Of a DNA stretch of 64,000 nt, positions 41,001 to 52,463 are shown piece by piece. Each line of letters begins with the position of its first letter. Position 1 is the first letter of the stretch. Origin of the DNA: Eledone cirrhosa. Taxonomy: Eukaryota. The notes beneath the pieces were generated by a model. The model was not told the DNA's origin. It saw only the letters and a program-made list of their open reading frames with translations, and did not search any database. Where the stretch lies: contig OZ024760.1 of NCBI GenBank assembly GCA_964016885.1, positions 15,190,001-15,254,000 of the forward strand, given 5' to 3'. A program made the position numbers and the translations under genes.

Positions 41001-41864
41001 ACCACATGCACATGCGAACCCCTTTGAATAGGCCACAATAGCCGAAACTTCTGTTAACTGGTCCTTGAACTCCTCTTTAGTTATGTAACGAACTATGTCT
41101 TTCGTTTGAGGATCCTTTGATCTGGATTCTAAAAACGCGTTACTCAGCGGGTTGAATTCTGCTTTCAACTCGCCCGATTCGATCAGAAGAACCTTCCCCT
41201 TGTCGGTGCCAACAAGTATACGTTCATCTGATATCCACGTGAAACAGGTGAAATGTTGGGGCTCAATTTTAGGGTAGTTGAATGGCTTGAGATTACCTTC
41301 CGAATAACGGAAGCTCTTTAAAACTCCGTTGCCCACCACGCCTATATATGTGTTGTCTTGAGGATTAAAACTCACTTGGTAGATCATCGGCTTTAATTGA
41401 GGGTTCACTGTACGGATAAAGGTCAACAGTTTAGATTTTTCCCATGCCCAGTATTGTAAAACCCAATCGGGGCCGCCCGTATGAGCGGCGAGATACTTCG
41501 AATCGGGTGAAAAAGCGAGGGATTTATACTCGGTCGCCTGTACACTTTGATCAGAGGATGTAGTCATTAATGTTTTCCGTTTTCTGTTGGCATGGATATC
41601 GTGTATTGATATGACGGGGCCCTTATCGTCCCCTACTTCTGCCATGGCAATATATCTCCGGTTGGAACTGATTACCAGGGAAGAGATACCGAGGCCGGTC
41701 TCTGAAGCGATAACACATTTCTGCGATTTCTGATCGATGTTGTAAACGACGTAGAAAGAGCCGCATGTATAAACAACCTTCTGTTCGTCCAGGTAACATA
41801 TGTTCCCAGAAACAACTGAATTTAAACCAAAAATATGCTTCACTGAGGCCGTTGCTATAACCAT
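38097..41864 (-). CDS. CFAP57: Cilia- and flagella-associated protein 57 (WDR65): WD40 repeats plus long C-terminal coiled coil, single coding exon
   Basis: Uninterrupted 1255-aa ORF. N-terminus HIFGL...[8 protein letters not shown], WD40 repeats, [12 protein letters not shown] and [29 protein letters not shown] are recognised CFAP57 motifs. Confidence 0.95.
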   Translation of the reverse strand: [1255 protein letters not shown]

Positions 41865-42225
41865 CTTTGAAAATGGCTTGTAATATCATGGACACGAAAT
41901 ATATACAAATATATATATATGTATATATGTATGTATGTATGTATGTATTTTATCTTTAAATAAGCAAAATTACTTACTTTAAAGACTTTAACGGCTCTGG
42001 TATTTGTTTGGTGGGTATTTTGAGAGTTTTTTTTTAAAACAAAACTTAATCCATTATTATAATCAATATTCAGTGAAATTCGATTAATTTGTTGAATTTT
42101 TTTTTTTCCAGGTGTTTTCTTAATTTTGATTTCGAAATAAGGTAGAGAAAAAGAAAAAAAAGACCCCAAATAATGTTATCTTGACTGTTAAGCTACTCGC
42201 ACCTGTTAGTTGTTATTTGTTTAGT

Positions 42226-42240
42226 GTTTCCCATAGCAAC
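42226..42240. promoter_or_regulatory. RFX X-box upstream of CFAP57
   Basis: GTTTCC-CAT-AGCAAC fits the X-box pattern. It lies about 360 bp upstream of the ATG of a motile-cilia gene, next to a forkhead-like TATTTGTTTA at 42214-42223. Confidence 0.7.
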
Positions 42241-42466
42241 GTCGTTGTGGTAATACGGAAAAAAAAAATATATACACAGATAAGCAAAACAAATAAAGCT
42301 AGCCAGAGTTATCTCCCCTTTTGCTTTACAAATTACCTGTTCTGTTGGTTTGGGTTACACACACACTCACATAATCGTTCGCTCGCACGCACGCACGCAG
42401 CTGAAACTTCGAAGTCACTACCGCTTTTCTTTCATAGAGGATAAAATAAACACACCTATAGATATT

Positions 42467-42580
<114 letters not shown>

Positions 42581-42672
42581 TATATGTAAAAGGTAAACAG
42601 AAATAACAACACAATCGGTACAGTATATGGAAGGGATATATTAGGTTGACGCTTGATATAGCAGAAAGAGGG

Positions 42673-42708
42673 TCTTAATGTTTCGGACGCTAGTCCTTCA
42701 TCAGAAGA
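42673..42708 (-). ncRNA. Minimal hammerhead motif in a dispersed ~200-bp repeat
   Basis: Reverse complement TCTT-CTGATGA-A-GGAC-TAGC-GTCC-GAAA-CA-TT-AAGA; sister copy at 29870-29905. Confidence 0.7.
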
Positions 42709-42939
42709 AAGAATGAGAAATAAGATAGATTGAAGGGACGGGCGGGATGGAACTGGAAAACATGTCTTTAGATAAAAATAACAGGTCCTTTGGAAAATGT
42801 GTGAGTTCCTTGGTACAGTTGGGTATATTTGAAAAAAAGGAAAAGAATGACTTCACTGGAACGGTGAATGGTATCGAATTAAATAACTGTACTGGCGATC
42901 GATGATGAAATCTGCTAGACTTAATTCTTTATACAACAA

Positions 42940-43250
42940 CTACAACGGTGCGCGATGGGGCCCACCCACAGCCCCGGCGGACAGAATGGAGAAGGCGTTT
43001 CCCCGGAGGACGACAAGGGAGGTGCGTTGGAAAAGCCACTCCAACTCGCGGGGCTCACATTTGCAGCTGGCCAGCTCAGCGCCTATGGTGGTGAATAAGG
43101 AGATAGCCCTGGGGCCGAGGACACCAGAAGTCTCCACTGCCGGGGGTACGACCGCAAACCTGTCGGAGAGCGACCGGTATTTGAGGAGTTTGGCCCCCTC
43201 AGCCCGACGTGCAGCAGAACCTTGGTCAGTCGCAGACTGCACCAGGTTGT
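42940..43250 (-). mobile_element. CRE-like (restriction-like endonuclease) non-LTR retrotransposon 3' fragment
   Basis: KYRSL...VVPPAVETSGVLGP...WLFQRTSLVVLRGNAFSIL matches the RLE C-terminal pattern; related piece at ~31150-31225. Confidence 0.75.
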
Positions 43251-43802
43251 GGAGATCTATTTTTTTTTCAAATATATATATATTTTTTTATATATATATA
43301 TATTTTTTCAAATATATATATATTTTTTTATATATATATATATTTTTTCAAATATATATATATATTTTTTTATATATATATATTTTTTTTCAAATATATA
43401 TATATTTTTTTGAATTAAGTTTGAATTATTTTCCCACATCTTACGTTAATTATTTTCCATTTTGACGTTATAGTCACTTATATATTATGAAATACTGTTG
43501 GCTTCTTGTTCACAATAATTTCTATATTTTCATATATATATATAGCGTGAAATTAATAAACATTCGTTGTACTGCCTCTCTGTTTTTTTCCTGTTCAAAT
43601 TTTCCATTATATATATATATATGTAGGAAAAGAGTCAGAATCCCGACGGCAGAGTTCAAACCGTTTCGACAGCTATTTCTGGACGAGTCCAGAAATATTA
43701 ACTGCGTGTATTCAGCCAGCTCTATCATTCTATATCATTCAGCGCTTCGTGTAAGGGAGTGAACCCTAGCAGGACTCATTTAAGTTGAAAATACGTGGAC
43801 AG

Positions 43803-43876
<74 letters not shown>

Positions 43877-44114
43877 AGTGAGGAGGTGGGGGGACATAGT
43901 GAGAGACGTACAAACAGACATTGAGAGAGTAGATAGACAGACAGACAGATATGTAGATGGATATGTAGACAGACAGACAGATTGATAGATAGATCGATAG
44001 ATAGACAGACATAGAGACAGCTATATATATCTAGGGCGGGTAAAATTCCCGAGATCCATGGACGAGTTCTCTCCAGTGGTCTCTGTCCCTCATTATCGCT
44101 GCCATGTCCTGCGT

Positions 44115-44432
44115 CTCCAACAGTAGTGGAGTCTGTGCTGCTGTATGGGTCTGAGACTTGGACACTGACCAAGAAACTCACTCAGATGGTGCATGGGTGC
44201 TACACTAGAATGCTGAGGATGGCTCTGAACATTAATCAGTATACACTGAGGATGAAGAACTCAGAGCTGTATGGGAGCCTCCCAAAAGTCAGCTCGAGAG
44301 TGACACAGAGGAGACTGAGGTTAGCTGGACATGCTCACCGACATCCAGAGTTGACACTGCACTCAGTGCTCCTGTGGGAGCCCCTGCATGGACACACTGG
44401 AAGAGGGAGACCGAGGTTAACGTATGTTGATG

Positions 44433-44435
<3 letters not shown>
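44115..44435 (+). mobile_element. RTE-like LINE fragment
   Basis: ESVLLYGSETWTL...RRLRLAGHAHRH...GRPRLTY. Confidence 0.85.
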
Positions 44436-44478
<43 letters not shown>

Positions 44479-44512
44479 GAAAGGTATAGAAATTGTTTTA
44501 GCGAGAAACTAA

Positions 44513-44560
<48 letters not shown>

Positions 44561-45880
44561 CGAAGGAAATGTGGTAAGGAAGCAGGTGGACCATAACGCA
44601 CCAAAGTACTCAATACTTAGGGGAGTTGAGTGGGTAATAGGAACGAGTGGGACCCCGACTCAGTCCAGAATTAGCCGTCGAAACGGCTTGAGCTCAGCCG
44701 TCGGGGTCCCACTCGTTCCTATATATATATATATATCGATAAATAGATAGGCAGACAGAACAGAGAATGAAAGAGCAACTAAAATGTAAGAAAGACTAGA
44801 AGAAAAAGCTCAACAAATCACGAAAGAATGAGTTATTGAAAGAACGAGAGACTGAATAAGAAAATCGAAAACGTCAGAAAGAAAACGAAAATGAAAATAT
44901 TCTTAAAATCCATTTCTTTGTTTCTTTCGGAGAAATCCGAAGCTTTGTAGTTTCTTTATAAAAAATATATTCGCTTTTTTTTTCTTTCCCTTTTATTTTT
45001 TACTTCTGTTTGTAATTTGTTTGTTTGTTTGTTGTTTGTTTGTTGGTTGGTTTTTTTTTCTCTCGTTCATTTACTCATTCGTTCATTCATAAAATTATTC
45101 ATCCATTCATGTTCTTTTTATGATCTAATCATTCTATTCCATAGCCCTTCCGTATTCATTCATGCGAACAAGCAGTCGAAACTAGCATTCGATTATTCTA
45201 TTATTCCGCTCTTACTGTTCTTTTTTCTTCTCTTCTCTCGCTTCTTTGTTCACTCTCTCTCTCTGTCTCTCTGTTAATTTTTCTCTCTCTCTCTTTCTCT
45301 CTCTCTGTCTCTCTCTGTCTATTTCTTTCCCTTCTCTCCGTCTCCCTCCCCCACTCCATTCCCCTCTCTCTCTCCCACTCTCTCTATCTCTCTATCACTC
45401 TCCCACTCTCTCTATCTCTCTATCACTCTCCCACTCTCTCTATCTCTCTATCACTCTCCCACTCTCTCTATCTCTCTATCACCCCCCCTCTCTCTCTCTC
45501 TCCGTCTCTCTCTCTCTCTCTGTCTATTTCTTTCCCTTCTCTCCGTCTCCCTCCTTCCCGCCACCCTTCCCCTCTCTCTACCAGTCTCTCTCCTAATCTT
45601 ATCGATGTTCCTAATACGATTACTAATATTAGTTTCATAACTGACAGCATTCTTTTACGACGAGTCAACGGAAAGCAGGACGACACTATAGGTGGTCACT
45701 GTAGCAGCTAGAAATAGCAGCTAAATCCCTCCTCTTTCTCAAATATCATCAACCTTAACGACTTTAAAAGGGGGAAGGGAAACATTGATACATATATCCC
45801 TAGACGAACGAGCTCTCTCTTTCTTACTTTCTCTTTCTCTTTCTCTTTCTCTTTCTCTCTCTCTCACTCTCCCTCTCTCT

Positions 45881-45912
<32 letters not shown>

Positions 45913-45996
45913 CTATCACTCTCACTTCCCCTCTCTCTCTCACCCCCCTCTCCCTCTCTCCCCCTCTCTCTATCTCTCTATCACCCCACCCCCCCT

Positions 45997-46041
<45 letters not shown>

Positions 46042-46274
46042 GAAAGAGAAGTATGGCAGAGTCAAGATTGGAATAGCTATGCTCGATCAGGGCTGACCTG
46101 GGGTTAATTTTGCAAGGGGCCCGAAGTAGGCAAAGATTTTTCTCAAAATGGATGTTGCATGGTTGCTGTGGGTGTCTTCTTAGCTCTTGGGACCCAGAAC
46201 AAAGTACCGATTGGACCCCTCTCTCATAGGCTCTGAGCTAAGGGTTCAGTTTTATTATGTGGTACCTTAGGCGG

Positions 46275-46498
46275 GCGCCGAGCGGTGGTTGTCTTCTACC
46301 ATGTCCTCGAGGTCAGCCGAGGTCCTTAGGGTGAGATTTGGTGGACAGAGCGCCGAGTATTGGGTATCTTCTACCATGTCCTCGGGGTCAGCCGAGGTCC
46401 TTAGGGTGAGATTTGGAGGACAGAGCGCCGAGTATTGGGTATCTTCTACCATGTCCTCGGGGTCAGCCGAGGTCCTTAGAGTGAGATTTGGTGGACAG
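46275..46498. repeat. 75-bp tandem repeat x3
   Basis: TCTTCTACCATGTCCTCG at 46292, 46368 and 46443. Confidence 0.85.
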
Positions 46499-46606
46499 CG
46501 AATATGCGGTGGTTTCCACGAACAATTATTAATTGGGTTTCTAAGGAAAATTCCGCGAATAACCGGGACCGCGAATACCGGGGTCCACTGTATATATATG
46601 TATGTA

Positions 46607-46639
<33 letters not shown>

Positions 46640-46998
46640 CTGTGTGTAATTTTACGTTTATATCTATGCAATGTAACTTAGCAGTTCGACAAATAAGAAA
46701 AGAGATCGATAAAATGTGTACCAGACTTGAAAGAAAAAAAAAATCAGTTCTGGGGTCGATATGATCAAGTAAATCAAGGTGGTGCTTCAGAAAGATCACA
46801 GACTGAAACCAGTAGAAGAATCCATATTGCTCGGGGGGGTGGAGGACTCTCAATAATTTATTTATTTATTTATATTGTAGGTTTTGTCCACGACTTTTTC
46901 TGGGGTCTTCAAGGTTGGGTGAAGCAGGGCTAACCACTTAAAAGATTATGCTCCCCCACCAACCCATATATAATTTTTTTTTTTTTAAATAATAAATA

Positions 46999-47310
46999 CA
47001 GTGTACCCCGGTATTCGCTGCTCCGATCCGTCATTCGCGGTCCCGGTTATTCGCGGGATTTTCCTCAGAACCTGACTATTGGGTCGTAAAGTATGAAATC
47101 TTCCGCGATTTTTTAATGGTTCTTTTCGCGGCTATATATGTATTTCTCTCGCTTTTTAACGCTAACAATACCGCATTTGCCGGCCTATATATTACGTTAT
47201 ATTTTTGACGTTTATAGGCATTTTTATGCACCACGTCCAATATTCGCGGTTTTCCACTCCTCTCGGGTGCTCTAAGAACGTAAGCCCCGCGAATACCGGG
47301 GGCACAACTG
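46999..47310. mobile_element. Tc1/pogo-type MITE
   Basis: TA|CAGTGTACCCCGGTATTCGC ... GCGAATACCGGGGGCACAACTG termini; a partial copy ends GCGAATACCGGGGTCCACTG|TA at 46590. Confidence 0.75.
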
Positions 47311-47423
47311 TGTGTGTGTATATGTATATATACGTTAGGTAATTCCAGAGGCAAAGCAAAGGAAAAAAGAGTGCTCTATGTATAGAACAGAGCTATTTAA
47401 TCGTTCGTCAGACAGAGATGTGA

Positions 47424-47503
47424 TATAACATCTCTGATGAACGATCCAGACGTATATTATTATCGTCTGCGATCCAGAAACCTTTGGTAATGGAGTAGTT
47501 ATA
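47424..47503 (+). ncRNA. Degenerate type I hammerhead motif
   Basis: CTGATGA (47434)-stem II CAGACG...CGTCTG-GAAACC-TTT-GGTA; stem I only partly preserved (TATAAC/GTTATA). Confidence 0.55.
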
Positions 47504-47522
47504 TTTTGTGTTGTTCACTTTC

Positions 47523-47557
<35 letters not shown>

Positions 47558-47699
47558 CGGGCTTCTGTAGTTTCCGCATGCCAAATTCCATTCACAAGGC
47601 ATTGGTCAACTCAAAGACACTTGCCAAGGTGCTGAGCTACAAAACTGGTCCCAGAATCATGTCTTTGTGAAGCGAACACCTTAACCACACTGCCTGGCC

Positions 47700-47766
<67 letters not shown>

Positions 47767-47972
47767 TTAGCCATAATGGTCAAGGCCATGCTGTGGCACC
47801 ACTTATAAGGAGAGAGTTTGTTTTTATTCATCAACTGAATCATTTTTATTTTTAATTAAAAAAAATGTTTATTCAATGGTTAAATTTGTTCCGAATTTTG
47901 TAGATAAGAATTTTTTTTTCACTTATTTTATTTTGCATAGAACAAACAACTTGTTTGTTGAGGCAACGAGAT

Positions 47973-48017
<45 letters not shown>

Positions 48018-48677
48018 ACGTTTTGCTAAAAATAGCAACCAAATTCCCTCAAAACACAACCTATCCTCTCCAAAACAACTGCTAAAAATAGTACCCAAAT
48101 TTCCTCAATTCATCCATTTTATATCATCATCAAAACGAATTGCTAAAAATAATAGCCAAATTTCCTCAATTCAAATCAGCCCGCCCCCCCCCGCCCCCCC
48201 CTTTCTCCCCGAAAAAATGACACATTAGACAACGTAGCTCCAGATATAACGCCTCCCTCCAAACAACAACAACAAAAAATGGTATCGTCATGGCTGACCG
48301 CTTTTCATTCATCGAAGTAGCTAGGTTTGTTCTACATACTTGTTAATCTCCCCACCAGGACTAGGAGCGGGGAGGTCTCCCACCCACTTTCGGGTGGGTG
48401 GGAGATGTCTTCTCTTGTGAAAATGGGTATAGCTTTCATTATGGAAAATCTCTCATTTTCCCTCATTTCTCCCCATTTTGGGGACTCTTTTATTTTTCAT
48501 GGCACTCCCCGTTTGGGTTTTTAGATGTTGGCAAATCTCTCTCTCTCTGTCTGTCTGTCCATCTCTCTCTCTATCTGCCTGTCTCTCTGTGCCTCTCTCT
48601 CCCTCCCTGTACATCTCTCTGTCTCTCCCTCTCCCTCCCTGTACATCTCTCTGTCTGCCTGTCTCTCTCTCTATCTG

Positions 48678-48713
<36 letters not shown>

Positions 48714-48842
48714 CCTGTACATCTCTGTCTCTCTCTCTCCTTGTCCATCTCTCTCTGTCTCTCTCTTTGTGTCTGTCTCTCTCCTTGTCCATCTCTCTCT
48801 CTCTATTCTCTCTCTCCTTGTCCATCTCTCTCTCCCTCTCTG

Positions 48843-48880
<38 letters not shown>

Positions 48881-50180
48881 CATCTCTCTCTCTCTCTCTC
48901 TCCATTGTGGACTCAGTATAGCCGAATGGTTAAGAATAATCAGGTCACGGAGACCAGGTTCGATCCCACTGCGCGGCATTTTGGGCAAAGTGGTTTTTTT
49001 TTTAACATAACTTATAATGGGTCAACAGATGTCTTGTGAGTGAAATTGTGTAGATGGGAACAGTGTGGAAGCCCGTTGGTGGATGGGGCTGTTCCTGTCA
49101 TTCAAATGGCTCCCCAGCAGTCATGTCACACACAGCATCACGCCGAATCTCATTAAGAACTACGTTAACGGTACACGTGTCTGTACAAAGGCAAAGCTAT
49201 GCCACTTATATGATGTTACTTACTTTCATGGACAGGTTGTTCCGTTGATTGAACAACTGGAGCGTGTGTGTATGTGTGCATGTATGTATGTATGTATGTA
49301 TGTATGTATGTATGTATTTATGTATGTATGTATGTATGTATGTATGTATGTATGTATGTATGTATGTATGTATGTATGTATGTATGTATATGTATTGTCA
49401 AGGCAGAATTCTAGGAGAAGGAAAACTCTGATATAACACCTGCAACCCTGATGGTATCCAATGATGTTGACTTGTTCTTCTTTTTGGTAAATATCATCTT
49501 GGTTAAGAGAATGGGACTGGCTTTGTGCAGTGCCTTTGCTCACTATAAAAGCTTCACGGCACAGGCATTGCTTTATATCTGGAGATCTCTCTGCACTTGT
49601 CGTCACATGGTACCATGGGCCCAGCACTATGTGTCAGTAATTGTCACAAGTGTAGTGTTTGTACCAGAGTTTTCAAGTCGTTGGCTGGACTAAAGAGTCA
49701 CACTTGTTCAGCGCATCGGTAGGGGTTCTCCTACATGGATATAAAGTAGTGGCCGTACTCGAAAACGAGTTGGCAGCCACCATATGTATGTATATATATA
49801 TATGTATGTATATATATATATGTATGTATGTGTGTGTGTGTGTATGTATATGTATATGTATATGTGTATGTATGTATATATGTGTATGTATGCATGTATG
49901 TATATGTATGCATGTGTATATGTATGTATGTATACGTATGTATGTATGTGTATGCATGTATATGTGTATGTATATATGTATCTATGTGTATGTATGTATA
50001 TATATATATATATCTATGTGTATGTATATATGTATCTGTGTATGTATGTATGTATGTATGTATGTATGTATGTATGTATGTATGTGTATGTATGTATGTA
50101 CCTATATGTATGTATCTATGTATGTGTATGTATATATGTATCTATGTATGTGTGTATATATATATGTATCTATATGTATG

Positions 50181-50223
<43 letters not shown>

Positions 50224-50869
50224 TAAGAGCGATCTGTTATTATAGCTGACTAAAATATTTTATAGGCCAAAACTTAGGGATTACCTAACAAAACAACACG
50301 CTGGTTGATCGCTGATTGTGTTCGATTAACCACAGTTAGGTTACGTGGGAGTGGCGGTATTTAACCACATCCTACACTACCACCACCACTATCACAGTGA
50401 CAACGACCACCTCCACCGCCGCCACCACCACAGAGACGACCACCACTATCACCACTACCACCGCCACTACCACTGAGACGGCCACCACCGCCTCCACTAT
50501 CACCACCACTGCCACCGCCACCACCACTATCTCTACCACTACCACCGCCACTACCACTGAGACGGCCACCACCGCCACCACTATCACCGCCACTACCACC
50601 GCCACCACTACCACACCACTGCCACCACCACTATCTCTACCACCACCACTACTACAGAGACGGCCTATCACCACCGCCACCACCATTAACATCATTATTG
50701 CCATCATAATTATCATCACAATTATCACCATCATCACCATCACCATCATCACCATCACCATCATCACCATCACCATCACCATCATCACCATCACCATCAT
50801 CACCATCACCATCATCACCATCACAAAGATCAGTATTAAACTCAGTCATAATCAGCAGCAGCAGCAGCA

Positions 50870-50923
50870 GGTCACATGACCAACTTCACACACGCATACA
50901 CACTGTAACAACAATATGGCTGC
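50870..50923 (+). promoter_or_regulatory. Candidate SNX19 promoter motifs: CLEAR/M-box-like E-box and YY1 site
   Basis: GGTCACATGACC (50870-50881) and CAATATGGCTGC (50912-50923) in unique sequence about 1.5 kb upstream of the ATG. Confidence 0.45.
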
Positions 50924-51402
50924 AGCGAGTCATTTTTGGCGAACTTAAAACACACACCTACCTATATACATACATACACACACACACACACATATATATA
51001 TACCTATATATATATATATGATGTATAATATATGATATAATATATATATATCCTCGACAGGACAGCCTACTAACTTCTATTTCTTCTGATATAGATGGTC
51101 ACACCGTTTGTTTATTATCATTTTTATTTCCCCGTCTCCCTAAATTGCTGGCCTTGTGCCAAATGTAGGAACAATCATTATTGTTGTTGTTGTTGCTGTT
51201 CGATTGTTCGATGATAATTTCCTTCCCATGCTACCTACCCAGGGCCGTATTAACCCATGGGCGAGTCCTTATGGTTTCAGGTATTCCTGGAGTATCCGCC
51301 CTTTCGCACTTCAAACATTTGCCCCACTTCAGCTGACAGCATAATCCTTCGTATATATTCAATTAATGCCACAAATTATTATATATAAACAGAAAATTTA
51401 AC

Positions 51403-51455
<53 letters not shown>

Positions 51456-52463
51456 CACACAATGAAAAGACATTTATTTATACTTATGTATTGATAATGT
51501 ATAATTAATTAACAGGCCCTTAGTCTCTGTGGTGGGGCCCTACAATTCAATCTTGTCAGCCTTATATATATTACGTTCCTGATGCTAACTTATCTTCTTT
51601 TTCTTCTGCTTCTTCTCCTTCGTAATTGTCGTGTTTGTTTGTCTTTGATCTTTCGATATATGTATAGTGTATGTATGCAGTGTGTTATATGGTATATATG
51701 TAAATGTGCTGTCGTTTTCAATCGTGATGCCGTCAGTCGCTGCAGACCACGAGCTGATCGCGTCCACCACGTCCAGTGCTCCTGCCACCACCTTTTTCTC
51801 CCTGTCTGACACCTGTAATAACAATTTCAACAACACGACCGAACCCGGGACATTTCGCACAGTTCTCTTCCCCTTTCCCTTATTATTATTATTCTATTCT
51901 TGCTGTACTATTACTACTACTACCACTACTACTACTACCACTACTACTACTACTACCACTACTACATTTAGTACTTGTTCTGGTGGTGGTAGTAGTAGTA
52001 GTACTGATAGCAAGTCTTGTGTATCATCGTTGTTGTCATCATCGTTAAGAAGTATTGCTACATTTTTCCGACTTCCATCACCACATTCGTTGTTGCCTTC
52101 CTTCTTACACAGTCGTCTTCTTCTTCTTCTTCTTCCTTTCTTCCATTTCGTTCATTGCTTCTTTCTTTTCTCCTTCTTCCTCTATCAATTATTATCAGTC
52201 GTGCAACCAACGACGTCAACATCAGCACTAACAACAACAAATACATCACCACCACCACCACCACCACCACCACGACATTCGCCGCCATCACCTCTTTCAC
52301 TATCGATATTATCAACAACAGCTTCACTATCGCCACCCTCATCACCACAAACAACACCGACATTAGTAATAATACCAACATTAATATTAATAATAGTAAC
52401 CGTAACAACAACAACAACAGAAGAAGAAGGAAAATATTACAATTTTAGGGCAACATTGACAAC

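Noticed and set aside
43441-43540. Repeat shared with 57928-58020 containing TTGACGT...GAAATACTG
   Set aside because: Core too degenerate to call a hammerhead; kept only as an unclassified dispersed repeat.
51585-51860. Minus-strand ORF upstream of SNX19
   Set aside because: No recognisable domain or splice donor; more likely UTR or intron sequence.
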